A stretch of 64,000 nucleotides of DNA from Podarcis gaigeae (lineage: Eukaryota), in NCBI GenBank assembly GCA_964106915.2, contig OZ066914.1. One strand, 5' to 3'. Within the stretch, counting starts at the first letter, position 1. Each line of letters opens with the position of its first letter. A program made the translations under genes and the position numbers. Positions 42,920 to 56,793 of this stretch are shown here, one piece after another. A model generated the notes under the pieces. The model did not search any database, was not told the origin of the DNA, and was given only the letters and a program-made list of their open reading frames with translations.

Positions 42920-42938
42920 ATTCGCCACCTGTTGGTTA
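42920..42938 (-). promoter_or_regulatory. CTCF-like motif
   Basis: Minus strand TAACCAACAGGTGGCGAAT versus core consensus CCASYAGRKGGCR; motif match only. Confidence 0.45.
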
Positions 42939-43111
42939 CCTGTAGGATGCTCTGGATCTGTGGGAAGTTTAGGACCTGCTTATTGATTTAGAAACCGATC
43001 AGTCTGACACCTATGGGCTACCATCCAGCAACTAGTCCAGGTCACTTCAGACATTACATTGCCAAATTCCTACACTGAAAGCATTTCTATGTAAGAATTA
43101 ATGGAACACTT

Positions 43112-43321
43112 TTGGCCTTCTCGGTAGTGGCGCCTGCCCTGTGAAACGTCCTCCCAGCAGATGTCAAGGCAATAAACGACTATTTTACTTTTAAAAGACA
43201 ACTGAAGGCGGCCCTGTTTAGGGAAGTTTATAATGTCTGATACTGTATTGTTTTTAATATTCGGTTGGAAGCCGCCCAGAGTGGCTGGGGAAACCCAGCC
43301 AGATGGGCGGGGTATACATAA

Positions 43322-43369
<48 letters not shown>
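43112..43369 (+). mobile_element. L2 LINE 3' end with (TTA)n tail
   Basis: 'gccttctcggtagtggcgcc...gaagccgcccagagtggctggggaaacccagccagatgggcgggg' followed by (TTA)n. Confidence 0.8.
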
Positions 43370-43371
<2 letters not shown>

Positions 43372-43463
43372 TAAGACATTGCAATTTTAAGTGTATGCAC
43401 ACCAAATACCCATGACTAATCCATGTGTCCTATGATAACACTTTACACACAGGTTGCTTGGTA

Positions 43464-43466
<3 letters not shown>

Positions 43467-43502
<36 letters not shown>
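43467..43502. repeat. (GT)n microsatellite
   Basis: Directly visible. Confidence 0.95.
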
Positions 43503-43505
<3 letters not shown>

Positions 43506-44798
43506 GACATGTGCAGCAGTTCTTAAATCCAGATGAAAACCCCATTGATCTGAAAATGGGTTATGCAGGCTTTGCTGACCACAAAAGGATGAATGTTAGC
43601 TATAAGTTGCAAACCTCAATTCATGTTGTTTTTTTAAAATGAAATGAAATGTAGATGAATGACAAAGTTTATAATATTGGATAAGTTGTTTCACTCTGTA
43701 GTTGTTTCACTCTGTAGTAAAGGGCGGTGGCAGCTGTTCACATATAATGAAAATTATCTTTAAAAAAAAGCCCAGTGATTCAATTAACCACCCTCCCTAC
43801 CTTACTTCTTATCCTGAATAGCGAGGTGTTTGTGTGAGAAAGAACTTTTTAGGCTTCCTTTGACACTGACTCTGCCCTAGTTTCTCTTTGATACAACATT
43901 GAAAACAAACATCTCTGCCAAAAAACATTAATAGTAAAAACAATGGAAAGTAAACATTGAAGGGCTTATACACTTTTAAGCCAATATGAAAAATGCTCCA
44001 ATATTAGCAAGAGTTAAATCCTGAAGGGAAGAAAAGTAATCTAGCACATGTGATGTTGCATTTTCTCTACAAATATGTAGCCTTGTAATTCTGGGACCAA
44101 AACTGACAACAAAATGAGATTCGTGAGAGAAAATAGCTTTTTCAGGCACACTGTATATCCCTCTGTTCAGAAGAATATTTAATCCACTTGGATCATGTGC
44201 TTGGGTTTTCTTAGATCATGCTGAGATAACAACATTCTGCTGTGTCTTGGCACCATAAAACCTCTTGCTTATGAAAATAAAAGAAAAATATAGTCTCGCA
44301 GGGAGAATACGTGTTTGAATTTACTTTTTCTATAGTTTAAATATTGAACTCTCAAAAACAATTTTTACACAAATATGCCTCATTCTCTTTATGAGTCATG
44401 GCCAAAACTCTCTTACACCAATATTTTAAACGTGCCAAGTGTACATATACCCTGGCCTACAACATGATGATCCAGTCACAGGCCTGGATCCAACTTTAGC
44501 GGGTGTTGAAAAACTGCCAGCACAAAACAGAAAGGCAAAACCCTACCAGCACTGCCACCTAATGGCAGAAAATTAATCCTACAGCTAAAATCATTCAAAA
44601 CTAAAATTGCTTAACTGTGTATTATGCTCTGAAAGTCATTCCAACTGGCCATTACAATAACTATGTAACCAGGAACAATGCCCAAGCTTGCTTTTTTCCT
44701 CCTTCCATTTTCCTTTTGTGTTGTGCCTTTTAGCTTTAGATTTCAAATCCCTCCTCAAGAGCCAACTTTTCTATGAAGCATTTCACAAAAGCCCTTTA

Positions 44799-45050
44799 CA
44801 GTGGTACCTTAGTTTACGAACTTAATCCATTCTGGAAGTCCATTCTTAAACCAAAGCATTCTTAAACCAAGGCATGCTTTCCCATAGCAGCAGGGGACTC
44901 AATTTACAAATGGAACACACTCAACAGGAAGTGAAATATGTTCTGCTTCCAAGGCAAAGTTCACAAATCAAAACACCCAGTTCCTGGTTTTCAGCGTTCT
45001 TAATCCAAGTTGTTCATAAACTAAGCTGTTCTTAAACCAAGGTACCACTG
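44799..45050. mobile_element. Tc1/mariner (Tigger-like) MITE, family C
   Basis: TIR CAGTGGTACCTT / AAGGTACCACTG; TA TSD; interior differs from family B. Confidence 0.85.
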
Positions 45051-45568
45051 TAGTTATTTATTAGATGTGTGTTGCAACAGTTGTGTTCAAGGCAGTTAAC
45101 TGTAAAATATGGAATAAAATACAAAAATCAATAAATAGGACAGGCGACTGAATGAACTGCTACAATTTACAGTGGCCAAGACAGACAGACCCATGCTCTA
45201 TGAAATGAATGCATATTCCCTCGTTTTCCCCCTGCCTACATTTCCTTTCCCTTCTTCTGGTATCTCCAGTGTCAATTTTTAGATGGTGCGTATCTTCAAG
45301 CAGGGTTCTGTAAAGCGCCATGTGCCTGCATAGCCCTATAAAGCAATAATGGCCACAATGACATTAATAGTCAGTCCTTTGACACTTCGGAAACAACTTT
45401 TATAAGTTCTTTAAAAAACAAAACTGTGGTCTAAAACCCCTGGGGGGCATGAGGATGGGGCAGCTGGTTTAGGAGATTGCCAAATATTGCTTGTATGTTT
45501 TAAATTGTTTTTAATATTGTTTTAAAAGTTGTAACTTGCCCTGGGACCTTACAGCGAAGGGCAGGTAA

Positions 45569-45923
45569 AAGGTAAAGGTACCCCTGCCCGTACGGGCCAG
45601 TCTTGACAGACTCTGGGGTTGTGCGCCCATCTCACTTAAGAGGCCAGGGGCCAGCGCTGTCCGAAGACACTTCCGGGTCACGTGGCCAGCGTGACATCGC
45701 TGCTCTGGCGAGCCAGAGCCGCACACGGAAACGCCGTTTACCTTCCCGCTGGTAAGCGGTCCCGATTTATCTACTTGCACCCGGAGGTGCTTTCGAACTG
45801 CTAGGTTGGCAGGCGCTGGGACCGAGCAGCGGGAGCGCACCCCGCCGCAGGGATTCGAACCGCCGACCTTTCGATCGGCAAGTCCTAGGCGCTGAGGCTT
45901 TAACCCACAGCGCCACCTGCGTC
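45569..45923 (-). mobile_element. Sauria SINE, near full length, CpG-rich (young)
   Basis: Minus strand has a tRNA-like head (GACGCAGGTGGCGCTGTGGGTTAAAGCC; B box GGTTCGAATCC) and a (TACCTT)n tail. Confidence 0.9.
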
Positions 45924-46674
45924 GTAAATAAACAAACTCTCGAACCCTATGTAGAAGTTTGCTAATCTGTTTCCTCGTGAAAATTGTCCTGGTTATTCCT
46001 CAACTACCGCAAGTAGCTGTTCATGACCAGCTCCATTAATATATATATATATATATATAATTATTAATAAATGACAAAAAAGAGAAAAAAAACCAATATT
46101 GTACAAGCATAGTGAACTGTGCCTGAAAGACATAAGGACTGCGCCCGCCCCCCAATTATAAATATGAACATGAACTGTGAAAGCTGACTCGCTGGAAAAC
46201 GAAGGCTAAGGTTTTGCGAACATTAACAATTAATGCACGTATAATAGGGAATTCCCAACACACAAAACAACTGCAGGACTAATTGTTCAAAGAATGGCAA
46301 GTCAAATTAAATATAAATGCTGGCTTGCCCACCCTAAGAAATTAAGTCAGGTAATGCAATGCCAGTTAACTCCTACCAAAGGAGGGCAAGGACTGCTTAT
46401 GGTGCTATTAAGAGGCATTCCATGAACTTGATACAATTTACCTTAAGAGGATGTTGTGGATCCATGGCACACTCTTTTCTGTTTAAATGCACAGATGCAG
46501 AATCAGGGGACAATTAGCATGACTGTATTGGTAAGGATCAGTATGCATATTCAGAAATTGTGTTTTGGAAAAAAGAAACCAAAAACACCACCATAAATTA
46601 ATACAAAAAAAAAAAAAAACAAGAGAGGGCTGGCATGTACACATTACTGAAAGTCACATTTTCAAAGTAATTCA

Positions 46675-46872
<198 letters not shown>

Positions 46873-47605
46873 TCATTAGAAAGCTAGTACTTAAGGCAAA
46901 AAAAAAATTAAACAGCAAGCACATTTTTGTAAAAAGGCTATCCATACTCCAATATTGAATTGTCCATGAATGGGGAGAGAATGGGAAAGAAGTCTGTAGT
47001 TGCTCATTTGTTGCAGGGAAGAAAATAAGAGTTTGGAGAGGAGTGGAGGCCTGATGCTAACACCATGGCTACTTTTGTTGAACTAGAGAGCAGTGCAGAG
47101 TTTGGACAGAATCTCATAATCCATAAGAAATACATTGATACTATGTCAAAGCCTGACCTACAATTTTTCTTTTTCTTTTTCCTCTTCCAAGAGAAACTTC
47201 CATTTTCCTGCCTCACTCAGGGCACTTGAAATTTTCTTTAGAATTTCTGTAGATTTTGAGCTCACCTTACTCTTGTCAGACTGAAGAAATGTTTCCCCAC
47301 CCCTGCTGTAAACGTTTTTGTAGCAACCTGCAGCCGACCTACACTTCCTGATCTGAAAAACCTCTATGGGAGGAGTAACTTCCTGACGCTTTCATCCTGG
47401 TCCTGGGCTTAACAGCAAGGCGGCAGAGTGCAGAGCACCAGTGAGATGGTTTGTGGTATGAAAGAAAGGACATTCACAAACACACCTCAGCCACCTCACA
47501 AAAGTAAGGTAAGTGCAACAGAAAAACCTATCCACCCCTCCCATGAGAATTCCATATTGGCTTTCTACCAAATTGAAGGACAGAGCAGGAACTCGGGACC
47601 ATGTA

Positions 47606-47847
47606 CAGTGGTACCTCGGGTTACAGACGCTTCAGGTTACAGACGCTTCAGGTTACAGACTCCACTAACCCAGAAATAGTACCTTGGGTTAAGAATTTTG
47701 CTTCAGGATGAGAACAGAAATTATGCTCTGGTGGCGTGGCAGCAGCAGGAGGCCCCATTAGCTAAAGTGGTACCTCAGGTTAAGAACAGTTTCAGGTTGA
47801 GAACGGACGTCCAGAACAAATTAAGTTCTTAACCCGAGGTACCACTG
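47606..47847 (+). mobile_element. Tc1/mariner (Tigger-like) MITE, family B
   Basis: TIR CAGTGGTACCTCGGGTTA / TAACCCGAGGTACCACTG; TA TSD. Confidence 0.9.
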
Positions 47848-49239
47848 TATTAAGCTTTTCAACAGCAGTCGTAAGACTTTAAAACATTAAAAATGATTCC
47901 ATGTACTGGTATTTTGTTTTCATCAATGTCCACACAAGTACAAATTCATCTTGCAGCACTTCTCCCACCCGACCCTAGCAAACCCCTTCCATATCTGAGA
48001 TGCAGGTAACACACAGGCTGTGCAGTTGCAGCATTTGACATGCTATTGCCAATTCAACCAGCTGCAACAGCTCCTCTCTGGGAGCCATAAGCCCACCACA
48101 CATTGGGCCAACATGAAGCTACTGTTTCCGCTCATCAGTCACAGCTGCATGACCGACCATATAGCAAACAGCCATGGTTGTGGGCTGCTACCTGTGCAAT
48201 GTAGAAACAGAAAATCCCACAATTTCATGCAGTAGCTTTGTGGTAAATTAAGACTTAGCATTTAAAATAGTCATCACATTCAATCAGTGTGTGCGCATTA
48301 TGCCCCAATCCTGCCATCTTTCTGCTATTATTTGTGCAGAATATAAGAATTACTGTGCATGTCAAACAGTAGATATCCTTTTCCCCCCAATTCTGAACTG
48401 GATTTCCTGAAAGAGCTCTGAACAATGCAATAATATTTGTACTTTTTAAGAAAACAAGACGCACAAACAGGATACTTGTGCATGTGTGTTTGTGTGTGCC
48501 AGGAAAAGCTGAAATTGTTAATTTGAAACATGCAGCCCCATATTCCCATAATAATTGTTTAATTGTATAACCTCAACTATTTGACAGAAATATTTTTCCC
48601 AAAGCCATCTCCCCCAGAGAACAATTGTTTTCTAGATACATGTTTGCATAATTGGTGTCCACATTGTTAGATGTCCTTCTGCATGCAATAGTGTCTTCTA
48701 CTTACGAAAGGACTGTTTTACACTTTTTGCTAGAGTGCTCAATACAAAAGTGAAACTAAAACTAGAAATATTCTTCCGCTTCCATAAGTTTGTAAAAATT
48801 ATTGCAAAATGGAAGCATGAGGACAGTAATGGAACGTACATATTTCAGCGCTACGTGAACTCTTGCACAAGTTCGCATTTACAAAACAAAAAGCACTAGC
48901 AGCTCTTTTCCTTCTTCTAATGGCTTTTTGGATCCTGTTTAATGCGTATTAATTTTAAAGATTTCTAAACAAAGAGGACATTGATTTGCTTAAAAGTGCA
49001 AACATGCATCCATGTTACTAAATAAAACAAAAATGAAGGTGTCTAGAAAGCAACATTTATAGATCATAACACAAATAAAATGGGCAGCATCAATAATGGT
49101 TTCACGTCAAGGTAAAACCACATCTCAGATATCTGAATTTGGTTGTTGCTCCTCCCCCTCAAGAAAGTGGGCTATGAAGACCCTTTATGAATTCAACAGC
49201 TGATAGAGCAGCTATTAACTGTTGAGCCAAGTAGGAAAC

Positions 49240-49258
49240 TGACCACCAGATGGCAACA
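49240..49258 (+). promoter_or_regulatory. CTCF-like motif
   Basis: TGACCACCAGATGGCAACA matches the core consensus CCASYAGRKGGCR fully; motif match only. Confidence 0.5.
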
Positions 49259-50469
49259 TCTCAAAGCCTATGACAACTTTCTTCATCAATCAAAATAATA
49301 CAGAAACACAATTTTTTTTGCCAGTTGACACATTTCTAATGGCCATCTACTCCAGCCCCAGAAAAGAAAGATCCAGTAACTATGATAACCTAATGGAAAC
49401 AAATTATCCTGCATTGCTTCCAAAAGGAGAGTCCAGATCTTAATTTTTCTATCACCCAATTGACAACTGGTGACCAATAATTTAGACATCTAAGAATGAT
49501 GTGTTCCCAGAATTAGAAAATATATCTGCAGCACATAATTTAAATGAACAGCCACATATCTATGGGCCAATTGCAATATCACACCAAGCATTCTGATGTT
49601 AAAGAAGCAGTTTATATCATGTGCATCATGTTTTTACAACTTAGTTTCAAAACCTTCTTTATAAACAGAGGCAACTGAAGTACACAAATGCTTAAAAAGT
49701 TGTAATCTGTTTATCTTATGGACAAGAGCTACAGGAAGTCAGAGGATTCACTTACAGCAGCCTTCAGCTGCAGTACCCAGAATATACAATGAATTGTTTT
49801 GCATGTCTTTTGGATGCATATTGCAATTTTGTTTAACTACATATAATTATGTAGCTATTTTATATCTATAAAAATTTGTCTGTTCAATGAGACACTTTCT
49901 CATGTATCTCTGTTGTAAAATTAGAAATTGATTGGCATTTTTAAAATACTTGCAGCACCCTGCAACCTGCTCTGCATGTAAAGCTGCCAGAATGTATATT
50001 ACTTGTGCGATACATACTTTTTGATCAACTGGGCTCAGCTATCTATCCCTCCCATAAACTTTAAAATGTCTAGCATATCCCACTTTGCTAGTGCATTTAT
50101 TATTCTTCCCTATTTTACATAGCAACACACACACCTCATCTGGGGTCCATTTCAGTAGTTCCAAAAACATCTGCATACACAATTTCCCAGAAAGACTGCT
50201 TCGTGATTAGCTTTTGCATGGTTTATAAAACCTAACAATCTAACTGTTGCAGGTTAATTTCCTAACACAGTTCCAAATGTTGCCTTTAAAGACCAAACAT
50301 GGTCAGAGATCAAGGTATCTGTAGGAATTCCTGTTCCCACATCAATTTGCCTGTGTGTAGTAAGGGTTTTATATGTCAATACTATAAGCTTAAACATGGC
50401 CCAGTTTAAGCTTATTGGTATCTAAGTGTAATTGCTTAAAAAAAGTGTCACATGCTGGTGACATGTCAC

Positions 50470-51510
50470 TCCACGAAGCAGCTTAGCAGCCACATTTTGT
50501 ACCAGCTACAACTTCCAGACCAATATTAAGGGAAGCCCCACACAGAATGTATTGCAGAGGTTGAGCCTTAAGGTTATCTACTGTGATCAAGTTATCCAGG
50601 TCCAGGAAAAGTCATAGAATCATAGAATCATAGAGTTGGAAGAGACCACAAGGGCCATCGAGTCCAACCCCCTGCCAAGCAGGAAACACCATCAGAGCAC
50701 TCCTGACATATGGATGTCAAGCCTCTGCTTAAAGACCTCCAAAGAAGGAGACTCCACCACACTCCTTGGCAGCAAATTCCACTGTCAAACAGCTCTTACT
50801 GTCAGGACGTTCTTCCTAATGTTTAGGTGGAATCTTCTTTCTTGTAGTTTGGAACCATTGCTCCATGTCCGCTTCTCTGGAGCAGCAGAAAACAACCTTT
50901 CTCCCTCCTCTATACCTGGTGTACCAGCCAAAGCTGGCTTAAAGGTACTCCTAGCCACCAAGGACACTTGGCCCTCCGAGGGCAACAATGGAGCAAGGAA
51001 CACCCCAAGCTTTGTTACCTGACCCTTCAAAGGGAGTGTAATCCTCTCCAGAACAGGGAATTGACTAGATTCCCTGACTTGAGAAACACTCACACGGAAG
51101 GCTTCCATCTCGCTGGGATTCAGCTTCTGTTCGTTAGGCTTCATTCAATCCATTACTGTGTCCAGCCATTGGTTCAGCACATGTATAAACACAAGCAACA
51201 TATTTTAGAGCTGCCCAGGAAATTATCTTACAGCATTTAAGATCAAAATTGGGTATCTATTCTACCTCTGTTTTGGAACCCACATTTCACAGAGCACCTC
51301 CCTAATCGCTCTGCCAGAGCAGCAGACAAGAATCAATTGCCTCATGGGGCATTTGTGCTTTACATACTCCACCCCAGCTTCAACATCCAGCTTCAGCAAC
51401 AGAAACCAAGAGCACACAGGGCTCACTATGCTCCCAGCCTTATCATCAGTTGCACCCCACTCACCCAAATGATTGCCAAGGTGATCATCAATGCACTGGA
51501 GACTATTTTA
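50470..51510 (-). mobile_element. L2 LINE remnant interrupted by a CR1 3' end
   Basis: Minus-strand 'KLNPSEMEA...VLERITLPLKGQVTKLGVFL.PLL..EGQVSLVARS' and 'LCNTFCVGLP' L2 motifs; boundaries approximate. Confidence 0.7.
50613..50914 (-). mobile_element. CR1 LINE 3' end (well preserved)
   Basis: (ATTCTATG)n tail on the minus strand; translation 'EEGERLFSAAPEKRTWSNGSKLQERRFHLNIRKNVLTVRAV' matches the CR1 ORF2 C-terminus. Confidence 0.9.
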
Positions 51511-51768
51511 AAATCATATGTGCCAGCTCTGGGGCTAGGGTAATGTTGTGTCATCAATGGGGGCATGAATTGTAGGAGTACAGGCTTAATGTGCTCTTCT
51601 CCTGAGCCTCCCCATCCTGCCCCAGAGTCTGCCCTGTTTTAGCTGTTCCGCCATGCATTCCACAGAGATATCTGTCATGGCAGTGGTGTTTCTTGTATTC
51701 TGTTAGCATAGCAAGGCCCAATCTGATAGCCCTTTTGCTCCAGTATGGAAATGTGTCCTGAATATTTT

Positions 51769-52139
51769 AAAAGGTAGAGGTAAAGGACCCCTGACAGTTA
51801 AGTCCAGCCGCAGACGACTCTGGAGTTGCAGCGCTCATCTCGCTTTACAGGCCGAGGGAGCCGGCATTTGTCCGCAGACAGTTTTTCTGGGTCATGTGGT
51901 CAGCATGACTAAGCCGCTTCTGGCACAACAGAACAGTGAAACCAGAGCAGCGCATGTAAATGCTATTTACCTTCCCGCCAGAGCAGTACCTATTTATCTA
52001 CTTGCACTTTTTGACGTGCTTTCAAACTGCTAAGTTGGCAGGAGCTGGGAGCTCATACCGTCGCGGGGATTCGAACCGCCGACCTTCTGATCTGCAATCC
52101 CAAAAGGCTCAGTGGTTTAGACCACAGTGCCACCCGCGT
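51769..52139 (-). mobile_element. Sauria SINE (second subfamily)
   Basis: Head ACGCGGGTGGCACTGTGGTCTAAACC, B box GGTTCGAATCC, core 'aagtgcaagtagataaataggtac', (TACCT)n tail. Confidence 0.9.
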
Positions 52140-52865
52140 ATTTACTGTATCTTAAATGTTTTCTCTGAAGTAGTTCTCTATATTATATCCCCACCCCACA
52201 TAAAAAAGACTTCCTGTGAACAAGGGACAACCAGTAAATGAAAAGGGTAGCACCAATAAAAGTGAAAGACACACACACACTGTGACAAAAAGAATACAAT
52301 ATTTGGTTGCTTTTTTTAAAAAAAAAACCACCTGCTATTTTTAAAAGAGATAGGAAGCAGTGTGCGTAAGTAATCCAAGGCTGTGTTACTAGTAAAACAG
52401 GTTTGTCAGAAATGACACAATGCAGCTGATTTCAGGGCTCCAGCAAACTATTATTCTGCTTTGTGCTGTATTTCATTGTACAATTATTTCAAAGCAAGTG
52501 AGGTCAAAAGTGCTTTCCTACTTGAACATTTAATTATCTTGACGGCTATTTGTAAACAGCTTTTCAAAATGCCATCATTATATAGTGGTGGTTTAAGTAA
52601 AATATCCCCCAGATCTTCCTTGCACAAAAGGGTATTATCTCAATTAGAACATTAAGCAGAAGCCACAGCCCAGCGATTATAACCCCTGCACCACCTCTGA
52701 GAGGCTGCATATTTCTGGAGTTTTTTCCAGATTTATGGCCAATGCACATTTGAACATCACACAAATCAAGAGGGTGGATGTTATGTCCAGCAAGAACATG
52801 CAGCTGCAAGATCTGCAGACCATGCAATTAACTTGAGGATCATGTTGTTTGGTTAAAAGTTCTGC

Positions 52866-52929
52866 GTTAGCAGAGTCTGTAACCTGAAGCGTATGTAACC
52901 TGAAGCATATGTAACCCGAGGTACCACTG
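52866..52929 (-). mobile_element. Truncated mariner MITE (family B), one TIR
   Basis: Reverse complement of the family B left end: ...GTAACCCGAGGTACCACTG|TA. Confidence 0.8.
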
Positions 52930-55084
52930 TACACATTACTTGTTCCTAGTGTATTTGCGGCAGATAAGAAGTACTCAGAAAGTGATTTATTTAAAAATGC
53001 TTTTTTACATCTGTGAACACCTTTGGTCAAGGCTGCATCAATTGCTAACAAATGTAAGCAAACTTCTAGGTTTTTGAAGACATTTTATTTATGTATAAGA
53101 TTCTCCATTTTCCTGTAGATTCAAAATATTGCTCGTGTCCATTCAAATACCAGCTGAGGGGCACTTAAAGGATTCTTGAAATGAAAAATGTACCCATATG
53201 AAATTGCTATTTAGTAGTACAGGCAGAAGAGCAAACGATGTTGCTTTGGCATATATATAAAACAAGGTAACATCTGTCACTCTGCTTCATAATATACACA
53301 ATGACCAATTTGTCCAACTTCAATATGTGTGATTATGACAGGGAACAAACATCAGTTTCTGTACCCAATACTACTAGACAAGCAGTACACAACAGTGTGA
53401 ATGCCTACACTAGGAGAATACTTGTGAAAGCCTAATATTCATTCTGCTCTGTATCCAACGACATACTGAGAACCTGCTTAGTGTCTGCAAAGTGCTGCAT
53501 GGTCCTCTGGTGAAAAACAAAAGCTAAGCTTTGGTGTCTTTATGACATCACTTACAAATGGGGGTCAAGTACTATTCTCCGATTTCTGGACGGAGAGTAC
53601 AGCCTTGTCTGGGGTTCATTCATATTGCATGGTGCATAAGCAGCATCTTAGACACCAGGGCAGTTCAGCTGCTCATCAATTAAAAAGGTAGGCACGGTTA
53701 AGTCTCTTTCCCACATTTTATAAAGTGCCATACATATATGCAACACTGTTTTTAAATGCGGAATAGATAATAGCGCTGAAGCAAAACACTTCACAAAAGT
53801 TATTTTCCACAGGCTGACCCCACACAATTTGCTAGCATGTTTTATTATAACCACTCCCTCTTCTACCTTTTACTTCTAGTAAAAGGCAAAAATGGCACAA
53901 AGGTTTCAGCGGTCACAGAAAGAAGTGAACTTCGCTAAATGCAGGTTGGACAATGGCAGCACATTCAAACCTGATTATGTCTTACAACAAGAGCCAAGTC
54001 TGAACACAAAAGGCAAGTTAACTGCCCACATGTGATGGCCAAATTCAGCCTATACTAAAAGTCTGAAATAATAAGAAACTTCTAGTGTCATTCTACTACA
54101 GAAAACTTGCACCTGTGCAAACAAATTCTACTCTCCCCCCCCCCCCAGGATACATGTAGAGGAGGAGAAAACCAACATATTGAGCAATTGCCAAATGGAA
54201 AGCTATCATGGTGGGGAAGCGAAACTCGATGAAAGAAGGGAGGGAGCTAACAAAGGGATCCAAGGAGAAAATAATTTGCGAACCTAAAATGCATTTTCAC
54301 AAAATCACAGGATTGGGTGTTTCTGAGGGGGAGAGTGGGGAGCGGTGGTGCTGAACTCTTCCCCTGTTAGCCATGTTCCTCCTCCAAGTCATATATCAGC
54401 TACTTTTCATCCCACGGGGGATAGTGAATGCTGTGACATCTGCCTGAGTATTAAATATTGTACCTTCACCTAGGGCTAGCCCAAGGTATTTTGCTGCTTG
54501 AGGCAAAACAGAAAAGGATGTCCCACTGCCACCAATACCGCCTAAGGCAATTAGAGGCAGCCCAGGGAAGCTCTGGCACACTGAAGGTGGCATGGGGGGA
54601 AAAAGGCCAGAGAGGAGTAGGTGGGGGAGCAGTGGCAGTGGTGGCAGCCCCACACACTTCCTAGGCAGTGCCAAGCAGTGTGCTCCTCATGGGCCTTCTG
54701 AGAAGTGGAGGAAGAGGAAGAGGCGAGTCTCAGCTAGCAGGCAAGCAGGTGTCTCCAAGGTGGTGGTGGCTCCTATCAATAGCCAAAGGAGGAGGAGCGA
54801 AGGCATGCCACTGCCTCAGTGAGGCTAATGGGCCGTCTGGACCTCCCTTCAGCTGTGCTGAACCTGTTTGTTTGTAAATAAAGGCTAATATTATGAAATA
54901 GCAGTAAGCCTCCAGTGACCTCATTTCAAGGGAAACCAAACCCAGATAAGTGCTGCTCCTCTGGAGCATCACACAGAGAATTGGGGTGCACCTACTTAAC
55001 AATATAGAGACATCAACAAACCAATTACACTGGCATTCATTTATGAAACAATACTAGAATACACATCTGTGCATGTGCTAAGTT

Positions 55085-55750
55085 AGTGCTTGATAGCAAT
55101 CATGGGCTGGATGTGGGCCAATAAACTGAAGCTGAATCCAAACAAGACTGAGATGCTGTTAGTGAGTAGTTCCACTGACCAGCTGACTGGTGTGCAGTGT
55201 ACTGTAGATGGAGCCACACTCCCTCTGAAGGAGCAGGTTCATAGCTAGGGGGTTCTTCCAGATCCATTGCTGTCACTTGAGGTGCGGGTCATCTCAGTGG
55301 TGCAAAGTACATCAGCATAGGTTATGGCACAACTACAACCCTGGTTAACTTGACTACAGTCATCTATGCTTTGGTAACCTCAATACTGAACTATCGCAAT
55401 GCACTTTACACTGGGCTGCCTTTGATGACTGTTCAGAAGCTTCAATTAGTACAGAATGTAGATGTGCAGGTTCAAAGTGAACATGCCACTTAACACCATT
55501 TCTGTTACAACTATGCTGCCTGCCTGTATGCTTCTGAGCCCAATTCAAAATGATGGTTTTGCCTTACAGCTCGGGACCCCAACATCTTCTAGAATGCCTC
55601 CCCTGATATGAATATACCCAGACCCTTAGAGCTTCTTTTGGGGCTCTTTTCCAGATTTCCAGGTCTAAGGGAAGCTCAGAGGGTGATGACAAAGGAGAGT
55701 GAGGTCCCCACTCTCAGGGTCTGCCTGGTGCCTTCATTGACATCTTTCAT
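55085..55750 (+). mobile_element. L2 LINE ORF2 3' remnant
   Basis: 'IMGWMWANKLKLNPNKTEMLL..DGATLPLKEQVHS.GV..DPLL', the L2 KLNP.KTE motif. Confidence 0.85.
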
Positions 55751-56086
55751 TAACAATCTTAGGATTTCCCCCAGGTTTTGATAAATCAAGATCATGCTGT
55801 TTTGTCATTAGTGTGCTGCCAGAGCTTCCAGTGGCTGTAATGGGGGTTGTTTTGTTCTGTTTTTATGGTATAATTTATTTATATTCATGTTCTGAATGTG
55901 TTATAAGTCACTTGGAGACCTTTGGGTAACAAGTGACTAAAAGTCAAATAAAGAAACAAATAAATAATAGCAGCTGTCAACCTGAAGATGACTTCTCTGC
56001 ACCATCAGGTCACTGACTGTGTTTGGTGGTCAATGTAATGCACTATGCGGGTTGCTGTTTTTTAATAACAAATGTGGAACATTTTC

Positions 56087-56089
<3 letters not shown>

Positions 56090-56125
<36 letters not shown>
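56090..56125. repeat. (TC)n microsatellite
   Basis: Directly visible. Confidence 0.95.
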
Positions 56126-56127
<2 letters not shown>

Positions 56128-56210
56128 ATTAAAATAAAAGTCTTGTTTCACATTTCTCTTTCCCCAATAAATGAAAAATTTACCATAAGAGACTCTTGAA
56201 GCCTTCAGTA

Positions 56211-56793
56211 CAGTGGTTTTCAACCGGTGTGCCGTGGCAAACTGGGGTGCTTTGAATGATGGTCAGGGGTGCCCTCTTTCCTTCCCACCCCCCTCTGATA
56301 CCCTCTCATGTCTCTGCCTCCCGAAGGTGTGTACAGCTGTTTGTGCAGCAGTCCTGGCTACAAGCACCACAGGTGAGTGATGCCTCTAGGGCTGGTGAGG
56401 GGGTGTTGGTTGCCAGGAGGTGAGGCAGTCTCAGAATAAGCAAGCAAGCAGGCAAGGGAGCGCAGCCAGCCAGTCCACCATCTCTTGCTGTTGGGAATGG
56501 ACAGACAATTCCCAGGCCCCTGTGAGGCAGTGTGAGGAGGCACCTCTCCTTGGGGCAGGGGGGCACCTCAGAGACCAGGGGCAGCAGCTGCGGCTGCCCA
56601 GAAGACTCCCAAGGAGAGGGGAGAGGAGGCTGAGGGAACACTCCACAAGGGATGTTGTTCAAGAAAGGGTGAGAGACTGATAGCTCTGCAGGCAAGGGGT
56701 GACATAACTGGGCTCCTGAGCCCCACAGGAGTGCTGCAGAAACAATGTAGTTGGTCAAGGGAGTCCTGGACTCAAAAAGGTTGAAAACCTCTG
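56211..56793. mobile_element. hAT-type non-autonomous DNA transposon
   Basis: TIR CAGTGGTTTTCAACC / GGTTGAAAACCTCTG; TSD degraded; accounts for the overlapping ORFs at 56306-56824. Confidence 0.75.

Noticed and set aside
45840-45923. tRNA-like sequence with A/B boxes
   Set aside because: It is the head of a Sauria SINE, not a tRNA gene; the same applies to ~52060-52139.
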